Shown: positions 47,402 through 56,508 of the stretch, piece after piece
Layout of the letters: the number at the start of each line of letters is the position of its first letter
Numbering within the stretch: position 1 is the stretch's first letter
Program-made: the position numbers and the translations under genes
Assembly: GCA_020632515.1 (NCBI GenBank)
Contig: JACKFK010000004.1
Coordinates: forward strand, 64,068 to 128,067
Reading direction: 5' to 3'
DNA: 64,000 bases
From: Candidatus Omnitrophota bacterium
GTDB lineage: Bacteria; Omnitrophota; Gorgyraeia; Zapsychrales; Zapsychraceae
The notes under the pieces: model-generated
Database searches by the model: none
Seen by the model: only the letters and a program-made list of their open reading frames with translations
Told to the model about the DNA's origin: nothing

Positions 47402-47509
47402 TTTATTTTTTCTCCGTAGTTCTACGCACTTATGTGGGTACTTCTGCGCATATACACTATTTTTATTAATCCTATAATAATACTATCCTAGAAGAAAGGA
47501 GTGTGTGAC

Positions 47510-47986
47510 ATGCCTATTAAAAAATTAAAGAAATACTTAGATGAGCATAAAATTAAATATGTGTCTTTTAGTCATTCTACAGCTTACACAGGACAAGAAA
47601 TTGCAGAAGCTGCGCATATTTCCGGTAAGGAATTAGTTAAGGCTGTTATTCTTAAGGTTGATAATGAATTAGCCATGGTTGTCTTGCCAGTATCTTTTCG
47701 GATTGATTTTGATCTTTTAAAACAATCACTTAATGCTGAAAAAATTGAATTAGCCACAGAAGATGAATTTATAGATTGGTTTCCTGACTGTGAAATCGGG
47801 GCTATGCCACCATTTGGCAATTTATATGGAATACCGGTATTTGTGGCAAATCGTTTGGAAGAACAAGAAATGATCACCTTTAATGCCGGAAACCATCGTG
47901 AGTTGATTCAAATGAGATTTCATGATTATAAACGGTTGGTTAATCCACAAATGGTTGATATGACCTTTGTGTCAGTTTATTTTTGA
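47510..47986 (+). CDS. YbaK/ProX-type aminoacyl-tRNA deacylase-domain protein
   Basis: Size and pattern of the tRNA_edit domain (K.V.LK, GAMPPFGNLYG). RBS AGGAG lies 8 nt upstream of the ATG at 47510. Confidence 0.65.
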   Translation: MPIKKLKKYLDEHKIKYVSFSHSTAYTGQEIAEAAHISGKELVKAVILKVDNELAMVVLPVSFRIDFDLLKQSLNAEKIELATEDEFIDWFPDCEIGAMPPFGNLYGIPVFVANRLEEQEMITFNAGNHRELIQMRFHDYKRLVNPQMVDMTFVSVYF

Positions 47987-48019
47987 TAAGTAAATTTTTA
48001 AAGAAAGGAGGGATAAAAA

Positions 48020-48262
48020 ATGATGACACAAATTGGCATAGTTGCAGGCGAGATTATCACTGTCCTTGAAAGTAAAGGAGGTGTGATTACTTTAGATGAG
48101 CTTGTGATCAGGTTAGATGAACCTAAGGATCTCATTAAAATGAGTTTAGGGTGGTTAATTCGGGAAGGATTGGTATTTATAGATGAAAGAACAAAGAAAT
48201 TTTCGTTAAATCGAACTTATAAGATGGATCCTGATTATGTAAATTATGCAGTTAATATATAA
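48020..48262 (+). CDS. Small winged-helix protein (DUF2582-like)
   Basis: 80 aa with a G.I...L...G..TL.EL......D....SLGWL.REG pattern. RBS GGAGGG. Confidence 0.5.
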   Translation: MMTQIGIVAGEIITVLESKGGVITLDELVIRLDEPKDLIKMSLGWLIREGLVFIDERTKKFSLNRTYKMDPDYVNYAVNI

Positions 48263-48427
48263 GTCTTTCAGATTAATTTTTACAAGATCACAAATCCCTA
48301 CAAATTATTAAGTAATACCTTCATTTAATTTTCTTTCATAAAAACCTTACAGAAATTTAATATTTATATGTTATACTTATACCTAATTTTAGAATAATTA
48401 CTTCTAACTATTGGAAAGGTGTAATTT

Positions 48428-48784
48428 ATGGATATTCAAATTAATGTATCAGAGCGCCCATGGGGCTATTATATTAAATTTTTGCAAGAATCAGGGGTTT
48501 GGGTAAAGCGAGTTGAAGTAAAACCTGGTGCTAGATTGAGTTTACAAAAACATTCTCATCGTTCTGAAAAGTGGAATATTGTAACAGGAGAAGGCGTTGT
48601 AACCCTTGACGATAAAGAGATCCCGGTAAAAGCAGGGTCTGTTATTGATGTGCCTTTAGGTGCGGTTCATCGGATTGCGAATACAGGCCAAGAACGATTG
48701 GTGTTTATTGAAGTTGCTTGCGGAGAGCATCTATCCGAAGATGATATTGAACGGATACAGGATGATTATGATCGTGGGCAATAG
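48428..48784 (+). CDS. Cupin-domain protein (type II phosphomannose isomerase C-terminal cupin-like)
   Basis: RPWG.Y, SLQKHSHRSEKW and VHRI.N cupin motifs. Confidence 0.75.
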   Translation: MDIQINVSERPWGYYIKFLQESGVWVKRVEVKPGARLSLQKHSHRSEKWNIVTGEGVVTLDDKEIPVKAGSVIDVPLGAVHRIANTGQERLVFIEVACGEHLSEDDIERIQDDYDRGQ

Positions 48785-48838
48785 AATTGTTTAAGTAAAA
48801 ATTTATTATTTATTATCTTTCCTTTAATGCTACTTTTA

Positions 48839-50203
48839 TTATTCTTTCCTTAAATTTGACGGCAGGATATGTAATGCTTGACGGTATTTACTAACAGTGC
48901 GTCGAGCAACTTTAAATCCTTTTCTTTCAAAAAGATTTTGAATATCTTGATCAGAAAGAGGGTGAGATTTATCCTCTTCCGCGATAATTGAACGAATTTC
49001 TTCTTTAATGCTATGAGATGAAATTGATTCCTCGCCTTCTTGATTAATCCCCTGGGTAAAAAAGAATTTCATTGGCAAGAGTCCTTGTGGGGTTTCCATA
49101 TATTTGTTATTAATGGCCCGACAAACTGTGGATTCATTACGGGAAATCACTTGAGCGATATCTTTAAGAATCATAGGTTTTAAGGCTGCAGATCCTTGAT
49201 CAAAGAAGTCTTTTTGATATTTCACAATATATTGGGCAATTTGGTAAATCGTTTGATTGCGTTGATCAATGCTTTTAATAAAAGTCAGCGCGTTTTTAAT
49301 TTTCTCTTTGATAAATTCCTTTTCTTCGGCGGAACGATTGTTTTGTTTAAGCATTGTTTGATAAAAATGACTGATACGTAAACAAGGGATAGTGTCTTGA
49401 TTGATAACGACTTGGTATTGATCATTATTATCTTTAACAATATAGACATCGGGTTTAATGTAAATATTTTCGTTTACTGGTCGATAACTTCTGGCAGGTT
49501 TTGGTTCTAAAGTTGCTATAACGTGCGCGAGATGTTGAATTTTTTCCTGCGATATTTTTAAAGCTTTGGCAATATCAGCGTATTTTTTACGGCCTAATTC
49601 ATTGAAATGATTTGTTATGATTTCCCGCAGTAATTCTGTATCTTGATAGATTTTATAGTGAATTTGTATGAGTAAACATTCCGTTAAATCTCGTGAGGCA
49701 ATGCCTAATGGTTCGAAATTTTGTATGGTTAAGAGTATTTCTTCTACTAATTTAACATTATCTGTTCCTGCTAAGGCGGCAATTTCTTTGCAGCTGCAAT
49801 GAAAGTAGCCGTCTTCATTTAAATTGCCAATAATTAATTCGCCTATTTTAATCTCTAAAGGATTGGTAACCTCTAAGTGAAGCTGCTGAAGTAGATAGTC
49901 TTCAAGAGGGGTAAATTCTGCGATGGGCTTTTCTTCATACTCCTCCTCATTCTGGAAATATGAGGGGGTAAGCAGGGAATTATCCTCCTGGTTCTTTAAT
50001 TTAGATTGAAGAATTTCTTCAAATTGATCATGATCATTGGTGCTGCTTTTTTCATCAATTTCTAGAAGCGGATTATTCTGTAATTCCAGCTCAATAGCAG
50101 TATTGAGTTCTTCTATAGGTAAAAGAAGGACTTCAATAGATTGTTGCATATGAGGCGCTAAGACCGTCTTTTGGATTTGGCTGGGATTGAGTTTAATTTT
50201 CAT
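48839..50203 (-). CDS. rpoN: RNA polymerase sigma-54 factor
   Basis: N-terminal Gln/Leu-rich region I (QQSIEVLLLP..EL...IE.EL..NP.LE), core-binding domain, HTH, and the RpoN box ARRTVSKYR. The ATG at 50203 matches where the homology starts. Confidence 0.93.
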   Translation of the reverse strand: MKIKLNPSQIQKTVLAPHMQQSIEVLLLPIEELNTAIELELQNNPLLEIDEKSSTNDHDQFEEILQSKLKNQEDNSLLTPSYFQNEEEYEEKPIAEFTPLEDYLLQQLHLEVTNPLEIKIGELIIGNLNEDGYFHCSCKEIAALAGTDNVKLVEEILLTIQNFEPLGIASRDLTECLLIQIHYKIYQDTELLREIITNHFNELGRKKYADIAKALKISQEKIQHLAHVIATLEPKPARSYRPVNENIYIKPDVYIVKDNNDQYQVVINQDTIPCLRISHFYQTMLKQNNRSAEEKEFIKEKIKNALTFIKSIDQRNQTIYQIAQYIVKYQKDFFDQGSAALKPMILKDIAQVISRNESTVCRAINNKYMETPQGLLPMKFFFTQGINQEGEESISSHSIKEEIRSIIAEEDKSHPLSDQDIQNLFERKGFKVARRTVSKYRQALHILPSNLRKE

Positions 50204-50328
50204 ATTAGCAAGTATACCATAATTTAAAATATACAACAATTATATTTATAGTGAAGGACAAGTTTTGTAACTTGTTGAAATATAAAGGGGTTTTAGTTAT
50301 GTCGCACAACAAAAAGTGTTGATAAAAT

Positions 50329-50357
50329 TAGACATTACCCTAACCTATTGTTATAAT
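50329..50357 (+). promoter_or_regulatory. Candidate sigma-70 promoter (TAGACA, 17 nt, TATAAT) in the rpoN-EPS intergenic region
   Basis: Hexamers at 50329-34 and 50352-57 with a 17-nt spacer. Confidence 0.4.
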
Positions 50358-50522
50358 AAGGCTTTCCGAGTATGTCCGGGTCTGTCTAGGACAAAGGTGT
50401 TCATTCTTTTAAACATCTGGATAAATAGGATGTGTCATGAGAAAACGTCTTTTAATAAATCATATTCTGTAAGCTATTGATATTAAATATTTTATAAAAT
50501 TTTTATAATTTTCTTTTAGTTC

Positions 50523-50537
50523 TGGCACGCGAATTGC
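50523..50537 (+). promoter_or_regulatory. Sigma-54 (-24/-12) promoter TGGCACgcgaaTTGC
   Basis: Exact match to the consensus TGGCAC-N5-TTGC. It lies ~65 nt upstream of the first gene of the EPS operon, and rpoN is encoded divergently ~320 bp away. Confidence 0.7.
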
Positions 50538-50603
50538 TCCCTTAGTAAGCAACGAAACAGATTATCAACAGTTTTTAGTATTTTAGAAAAGGGAGGGATT
50601 AAA

Positions 50604-50789
50604 GTGAACAAAAGAATGACAATTACAGAAGTAGCCGAAATAGTAGGAATTAGCCCAAAAACAATTGTCCGCTGGGAAAAAGTCGGTAAAGTTAGAAAGG
50701 CTAAACGTGATTGGCGCGGGTGGCGTATTTATGATGAGCATGATTTAGATAGTATCCGACAATTCCGTGAAACAATTTCCGAAGGTTAA
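50604..50789 (+). CDS. Small MerR/excisionase-type HTH protein (DNA-binding domain only)
   Basis: MTITEVAEIVGISPKTIVRWEK.G pattern. GTG start 6 nt after the strong SD GGGAGGG. Confidence 0.65.
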   Translation: MNKRMTITEVAEIVGISPKTIVRWEKVGKVRKAKRDWRGWRIYDEHDLDSIRQFRETISEG

Positions 50790-50840
50790 AATCGTTTTAA
50801 TGGTATTAATCAAATTTTTCTGAGGGGAAGGGTAAAGGTT

Positions 50841-51668
50841 ATGAGGTTTCAAAGGATAAAATTATATATTGTGTGTTTGATCAGTACGATGACTGTGCTG
50901 ATGTATGTGGATTCTCTATGGGCGCAAAATTTTGCAGGGCATTCACCAGCAACTATAGTAGATCCGGCTGTGGAAAATGAGAATGTGTTGGAAGAGGCTT
51001 TTGTAGTCCCGAGTCCAGAATTAGTGGGCAGCAGTAATGAAGGATTTGCTCCAGAAGATTTGAACATTCAATACCAGTCAAGTAGTAAATATACATTAGG
51101 AGCTAATGATGTTATTGAAGTAAGTGTTATGCGGCATCCAGAGGTTAGCGGCCAATTTGTTATTAACGCAGAGGGTAAGATTCAGTATGAATTTGTTGGC
51201 GATGTAATCGTTGCTGGACTGACTAAGCAGGAAGTTGCGGATCGGGTAACAATGTTGTTAGAGAAGTATATAATTTCGCCTGAAGTGACGGTTAAGATTT
51301 TAGGATATAACAGCAAAGTGGTTTATGTGATCGGTGAAGTGGGTAACTCAGGAAAGATTTTTATGCGTGGAGATACGATTACTGTAAGAGAAGCTTTAGT
51401 GCAGGCAGGATTGCCTTTATTAAGTGCGAAATCAACTAAAAGCGTATTATTTACACCATCAGCGTCTGGAAAAGTAAAAAAGAAAAAAGTTAATGTCCAT
51501 AAATTACTTTATGAGGGTGATCTAAGAGAAAATTTAGTGATGAAACCGGGAGATACTTTGTATATACCGCCAACGGTTATGGCAAAAGCAATGCGTGTAA
51601 TTCAACCTGTGGCTGCTCCGATTTCAAGTGGTGCCGGCGCCGCACGGACAGTAACAACTGGATTTTAA
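50841..51668 (+). CDS. Polysaccharide export protein (Wza/Poly_export plus SLBB domain)
   Basis: Signal peptide; Y.LG..DVI.V.V...PE.SG...I...G.I; and an SLBB-like V.V.GEV..PG. Confidence 0.85.
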   Translation: MRFQRIKLYIVCLISTMTVLMYVDSLWAQNFAGHSPATIVDPAVENENVLEEAFVVPSPELVGSSNEGFAPEDLNIQYQSSSKYTLGANDVIEVSVMRHPEVSGQFVINAEGKIQYEFVGDVIVAGLTKQEVADRVTMLLEKYIISPEVTVKILGYNSKVVYVIGEVGNSGKIFMRGDTITVREALVQAGLPLLSAKSTKSVLFTPSASGKVKKKKVNVHKLLYEGDLRENLVMKPGDTLYIPPTVMAKAMRVIQPVAAPISSGAGAARTVTTGF

Positions 51669-51707
51669 TATTATCTATATTTTGATTTGAGAAAGGGTTT
51701 ATAAATC

Positions 51708-52997
51708 ATGACAGATTCAACCAATACAGAATTAACGCCGCTTAATTATCTGAAAATATTTTTTCGACGGAAAGAATGGCTGATTATCCCAATGTTTATC
51801 GGGCTTATATTAGGAATATGTACCGGGATAATTTTACCGAAACAATACATGTCATCGACGATTATTATGGTTGAAGAAGGAAAAAGCGATAATCCACTTT
51901 TGGAACATATCGCGGTATCAACCAGTGTTCGTCAGCGGATGGCTGCTATTCGGGAATCAATGTTAGGATGGAATAATTTAGTAAAGCTGGTTAATCGGTT
52001 GGAGTTTGATAAGAATATTCGTACCCCGCGCGAATTAGAAGGCTTAATTGAAAAAATTCGCAACAATATTGTCATCAAACTTCGAGGTAATAATGTAATT
52101 GACTTGTCCTATTTTGGCGAGGTTCCGGAAACAACTCAGGCCGTTGTTAAGAGTATTACAGAGATATTTATTGAGAGAAATGTTGAGATACAAAATCAGG
52201 AAACATCAGACGCTATTAGTTTTATTGAGGAGCAATTAAGAGTATATCGCAGTAAAATTAAATCTGCAGAGATTGCTCAACTCAAAGATCAATTAAATGC
52301 GTTGCTCTTAGATTCTACGGAAGAACATCCGCAAGTTAAACAATTTAAAGATCAGATTGAGGCGAAAGAAAAAGAATTGAAAACAGAAAATTTAGAATAT
52401 TATGAAGATGTTGTTTTAGATGCAAGCACCACTAATCCGATCATTCGAGAAATTAAAGATGCTTTGGATGGAATAGGTGCTGTGGATAATCCGCCAGTTG
52501 CGAGTAATAACGCGACGCCAAAAGAATATTATAAAATTATGTTACTTGAGAAGCTAGATAATGTAATGGCCCGCGACGTAAAAGTTAATGATGCGATTTA
52601 TAACATGTTATTACAACGGTTAGAAACAGCAAAAATCACCCAACGGTTGCAAGCTTCTAAAGAAGGAACAAGATATACTATTGTTGATCCGCCTCGTCTG
52701 CCTTATGAGCCAGTTAAGCCTGATATTTTTATGGTGGCGATGATTGGTTTAATTGCGGGAGCGGTGATTGGGTTTGGTTTAGTTGTGTCGTTCGAATTTC
52801 TTGATAAATCTTTTATAGATGTCGAAGAAGCGAAGAAATTTTTAGGACAGCCGCTTTTAGGCGCTATTTCAGTGATTAATACAGAACAAAACATAAAAAG
52901 GAAACGTGAAAAAAGTATTTGGTTATACAGTTTGATTTTTATCGCAGGAATTGTGATAGTTATACTGACAAAAGCCATTGCCAATTTCATGAATTAA
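51708..52997 (+). CDS. Polysaccharide chain-length determinant (PCP/GumC-type, no kinase domain)
   Basis: Wzz-type N-terminal TM followed by an extended coiled-coil periplasmic region and a C-terminal TM. The P-rich PPRLPYEPVKP segment precedes the last TM. Confidence 0.8.
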   Translation: MTDSTNTELTPLNYLKIFFRRKEWLIIPMFIGLILGICTGIILPKQYMSSTIIMVEEGKSDNPLLEHIAVSTSVRQRMAAIRESMLGWNNLVKLVNRLEFDKNIRTPRELEGLIEKIRNNIVIKLRGNNVIDLSYFGEVPETTQAVVKSITEIFIERNVEIQNQETSDAISFIEEQLRVYRSKIKSAEIAQLKDQLNALLLDSTEEHPQVKQFKDQIEAKEKELKTENLEYYEDVVLDASTTNPIIREIKDALDGIGAVDNPPVASNNATPKEYYKIMLLEKLDNVMARDVKVNDAIYNMLLQRLETAKITQRLQASKEGTRYTIVDPPRLPYEPVKPDIFMVAMIGLIAGAVIGFGLVVSFEFLDKSFIDVEEAKKFLGQPLLGAISVINTEQNIKRKREKSIWLYSLIFIAGIVIVILTKAIANFMN

Positions 52998-53007
52998 GAG
53001 GATATTA

Positions 53008-53841
53008 ATGTATCATAATTTTTATAATTTTAGTGAAGCCCCATTTAACTTAACGCCTAACTCACGTTTCTTTTATTCAAGTGTAAAGCATGTGGAAGTG
53101 TTGAGTATATTAAAATATGCGATTGATCACCGCAAAGGGTTTGTGGTGATTACCGGAGATATTGGTTCAGGAAAAACAACGGTTTGTCGCGCGCTGATTA
53201 ATCAATTAGATAATAAAACACATACAGCGTTGATAACAAATACCAGAATGAGTGGAAAAGATTTATTGATGTCGATTTTAGATGATTTTGAAGTGGAATA
53301 TCAGCCAGGGTCAAAGTCAAAATTACATTCGCAACTCAATGATTTTCTAATTGCTCAATTACGTGAAAATAATAATGTGGTTTTAATTATCGATGAAGCT
53401 CAAAATCTTTCACCCGCGGTTTTAGAAGAAGTGAGATTGTTATCTAATTTGGAAACAGAGAATGAAAAGTTAATCCAAATTATCTTTCTTGGCCAGCCGG
53501 AATTAAAAAAGAAATTAGCTTTGCCTAGTTTAGAACAATTACGACAACGCATTGCAGTCTATTATCATTTAACTCCACTGACATATGAAGAAACAAAGAA
53601 TTATATATCGCATCGATTGAAGATCGCCAGCAATAGTAATAGAGAGTATCTAACAGCAGAAGCGATTGATCTCATTTATGAATTTTCAAAAGGGGTGCCG
53701 CGTTTAATTAACCAGATTTGTGATAGTGCATTTTTGACAGGATATATCGCGGAGGCCAAAAAAATTGATACAAATATTGTGGAAGAAGTTATTGGAGAGT
53801 CGCCAATGACTCAATTAGCCAAGGTGATGGATAAAGAATAA
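53008..53841 (+). CDS. ExeA/GspA-like AAA ATPase (the type associated with PEP-CTERM EPS loci)
   Basis: F.L.PN.RFF...H.E....L, Walker A GDIGSGKTT and Walker B LIIDEAQNL. Confidence 0.8.
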   Translation: MYHNFYNFSEAPFNLTPNSRFFYSSVKHVEVLSILKYAIDHRKGFVVITGDIGSGKTTVCRALINQLDNKTHTALITNTRMSGKDLLMSILDDFEVEYQPGSKSKLHSQLNDFLIAQLRENNNVVLIIDEAQNLSPAVLEEVRLLSNLETENEKLIQIIFLGQPELKKKLALPSLEQLRQRIAVYYHLTPLTYEETKNYISHRLKIASNSNREYLTAEAIDLIYEFSKGVPRLINQICDSAFLTGYIAEAKKIDTNIVEEVIGESPMTQLAKVMDKE

Positions 53842-53887
53842 AGGATTTAGATAACCGTTTAGAAAGTATGAGTCGAAAGGATTGAAA

Positions 53888-54436
53888 ATGAGTAAAATAT
53901 TAAATTCACTAAATAAAGCCAAACAACAAAAACAAGATGAGGTTCATCAGAAGGAACTTTCTGCGGAAACAGATGAAAAAGATGTTAGCCTAAAAATAAA
54001 AAAAGCTATTAATATCTCCACGAATCAAGGGCCTACGCCTATCGTGATTCTAGTTGTGCTGATAGCATTCATGTCAGCGGGGTCATTGGTGATAAGCTTA
54101 AAAACAATGCAAGATATCCGTCAGGAACGCGCAGCATCAACCAACTTGATTCAAGGATATTTTACGGAAAAATCGAATTTAGAAAAAGATATTCAACAGT
54201 TAAAGGTGGATCTGCAGCAAAGCAATGAGAAAATTACTAATGAATTAAGGAATTTAATTAATCATACCGGATTAACTGAGAAGGTCATTGAGAAAGCCAT
54301 TGCCGGACATGAAATTCTAAAGATGTCTTTTGAAGATTTAAAGAGTACAGATCGTCTTTTATTGGACAAGTATATTTTGCTAAAACAAAAAGTTTTTGGA
54401 TCGCAAGAAAATTCCAACGAAGAAGGAAGGAAATAG
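53888..54436 (+). CDS. Single-pass membrane coiled-coil protein, unknown function
   Basis: One TM (PIVILVVLIAFMSAGSLVISL) followed by heptad-like repeats. The ATG at 53888 has an AAAGGA RBS. Confidence 0.5.
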   Translation: MSKILNSLNKAKQQKQDEVHQKELSAETDEKDVSLKIKKAINISTNQGPTPIVILVVLIAFMSAGSLVISLKTMQDIRQERAASTNLIQGYFTEKSNLEKDIQQLKVDLQQSNEKITNELRNLINHTGLTEKVIEKAIAGHEILKMSFEDLKSTDRLLLDKYILLKQKVFGSQENSNEEGRK

Positions 54437-54440
54437 AATC

Positions 54441-55226
54441 ATGGGAAAAATAACGAATGCATTGAAAAAAGCAGCGGAAGAGCGAATTCATCGTATTGAA
54501 AAAATAACGAAAATTAAAGAACGTGATCAATTAGTTGTCCGTAAAATGGGTAAATCAAAAGTTGATCCCAGCATAATTACATATTTTGATCCAAAAGCTT
54601 TGATCACAGAACAGTATAAAATGTTAAGAACAAATATTATGTCATTAAATAAAGGGCGACCGCCGCGAATTTTTGCTATAACCAGTTCACTTCATTCTGA
54701 GGGAAAGACGGTTACATCTATAAATTTAGCGATGGTTATGTCGCATGCTATCCGTAAACCTAAAGTTTTGCTAATTGATTCAGATATGCGTCGAGGACAG
54801 TTACGCAGATATTTAGGTGTGGAGCAGCGTGTTGGTTTATCTGAAGTCTTATCTGGACAGTGTGGTTTGGAAGATGTAATGTTTAATTTAGACGATGATA
54901 ATCTTACATTTGTCTTATCGGGTGAAGTTCCGGAAAATCCAGCAGAACTATTATCGTCAGATAATATGAGTGATTTATTAAAAGAGGTAAAAACAAAATT
55001 TGATTATGTTATTATTGATACGCCTCCAATGATTCCGGTGACGGACGCTGGTATTATCGGTTCTCAAGTTGAAGGCGTTTTAATGGTTATTCAAGCAGGC
55101 AGAACTCAACGGGGAATAGTCCAAAGAGCAGAGGAATTAATTCATCAGTCTCAATCAAAAGTCATTGGACATGTATTAACAAATATTGAATATCATTTAC
55201 CAGAATATATTTATCGATATCTTTAA
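54441..55226 (+). CDS. BY-kinase-type protein tyrosine kinase (CpsD/CapB/EpsG-like)
   Basis: Walker A SSLHSEGKT, Walker A' LLIDSDMRR, Walker B VIIDTPP, and a C-terminal Tyr cluster EYHLPEYIYRYL. Confidence 0.85.
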   Translation: MGKITNALKKAAEERIHRIEKITKIKERDQLVVRKMGKSKVDPSIITYFDPKALITEQYKMLRTNIMSLNKGRPPRIFAITSSLHSEGKTVTSINLAMVMSHAIRKPKVLLIDSDMRRGQLRRYLGVEQRVGLSEVLSGQCGLEDVMFNLDDDNLTFVLSGEVPENPAELLSSDNMSDLLKEVKTKFDYVIIDTPPMIPVTDAGIIGSQVEGVLMVIQAGRTQRGIVQRAEELIHQSQSKVIGHVLTNIEYHLPEYIYRYL

Positions 55227-55243
55227 TTAATGGAGAGTGTAAT

Positions 55244-55417
55244 ATGATGAAATCAAATAAAACAGAAGTGTGGAAAGAAGCTCGATTATTTGTACAAGAA
55301 ATTTCGAATATGAATGAAAAATTTGTAAATGATTTAGTGAAGAATTTTGATAAAGATAGTAAAAAGTTGAAGGTAAAAATTTCATCTGCAGAAACTAAAC
55401 AAACGAAAAGAATTTAA
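55244..55417 (+). CDS. Possible 57-aa Lys-rich small protein (not in the supplied ORF track)
   Basis: GGAG lies 8 nt upstream of the ATG. Translation: MMKSNKTEVWKEARLFVQEISNMNEKFVNDLVKNFDKDSKKLKVKISSAETKQTKRI. No family recognised. Confidence 0.25.
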   Translation: MMKSNKTEVWKEARLFVQEISNMNEKFVNDLVKNFDKDSKKLKVKISSAETKQTKRI

Positions 55418-55448
55418 ATTTAATAGTTTTAAGGAAAGGACAGCTGTA

Positions 55449-56402
55449 ATGAGTAATTTTTTAGTGGCCGGGGGAGCCGGATTTATTGGATCAAGTTTAG
55501 CGGAATTTCTAGTTAAAGAAGGGCATTTTGTCCGGGTCTTAGATAACTTTTGTTCAGGAACGGAAGCGAATCTTGAATTTTCTAAAGGTCTCGGCAAAGA
55601 CAAATTTCAATTAATCCGTGGAGATATCCGCGATAAAGAAATTTGTAATAAGGCTTGCGAAGGCGTTGACTATATCTCATTGCAGGCTGCATTAAGATCT
55701 GTGCCAAAATCTATGGAAGACCCAGAAAGTTATAATGAAGTTAATATTGGTGGAACTCTTAATATGCTGCAGGCTGCATCAAAGAATAAAGTTAAGAGAT
55801 TGGTTTTTGCTTCTTCCAGTTCTATTTATGGCGATACGGATCAATTCCCGCAGTTAGAATCGCATCTGCCGCTTTTGATTTCACCTTATGCTTTATCAAA
55901 GTTAACAGGTGAATATTATTGCCGTATTTTTTCTGAGTTTTTTAATGTTGAGACCGTGTGTTTACGGTATTTTAACATTTTCGGGCCCCGGCAGTCTTTA
56001 GATGATGAGTATGCGGTAGTCATTCCAAAATTTATTCATTGTATTTTGCATGATCAGCAACCGCCGATATTCGGTAATGGAAAGCAGTCACGGGATTTTA
56101 CTTATATTGATAATGTTGTTTCAGCAAATTTTTTATCAGCAACAACTCCTGGCATTAAACATGAAATTTTTAATGTGGCTAATGGGCATGATCATTCTGT
56201 CTTAGAATTAGTTCAGAAATTAAATAAGATTATAGGAAAAAACATCGAACCGAAGTTGTTGCCGATTCGTGCGGGAGATGTATTTAGAACATTAGCGGAT
56301 ATTTCAAAGATTGAGAGTAAATTGAATTTCAAAGCTTTAGTCGATTTTGATGAAGGTTTAAAAAGAACTGTAGAGTATTTCAAAGGAGTCTATAACGCTT
56401 AA
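55449..56402 (+). CDS. NAD-dependent nucleotide-sugar epimerase/dehydratase (extended SDR, WbpP/TviC-like 4-epimerase type)
   Basis: GGAGFIGS Rossmann motif and the catalytic S...YxxxK (SPYALSK). Confidence 0.9.
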   Translation: MSNFLVAGGAGFIGSSLAEFLVKEGHFVRVLDNFCSGTEANLEFSKGLGKDKFQLIRGDIRDKEICNKACEGVDYISLQAALRSVPKSMEDPESYNEVNIGGTLNMLQAASKNKVKRLVFASSSSIYGDTDQFPQLESHLPLLISPYALSKLTGEYYCRIFSEFFNVETVCLRYFNIFGPRQSLDDEYAVVIPKFIHCILHDQQPPIFGNGKQSRDFTYIDNVVSANFLSATTPGIKHEIFNVANGHDHSVLELVQKLNKIIGKNIEPKLLPIRAGDVFRTLADISKIESKLNFKALVDFDEGLKRTVEYFKGVYNA

Positions 56403-56436
56403 AGGCGAATGAGTAAATTATATTTAGAATATCAAT

Positions 56437-56495
56437 AAAACTGCTTCGGAGGTAAGAGAAAATCAATATCATTTCAGAAGCAGTTTTATTTTATC
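56437..56495 (+). terminator. Long-stem hairpin followed by a T-rich tract after the epimerase gene
   Basis: AAAACTGCTTC (56437-47) pairs with GAAGCAGTTTT (56477-87), 11 bp perfect with a 29-nt loop, followed by ATTTTAT. Confidence 0.5.
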
Positions 56496-56508
56496 TGCTT
56501 TAACTAAT

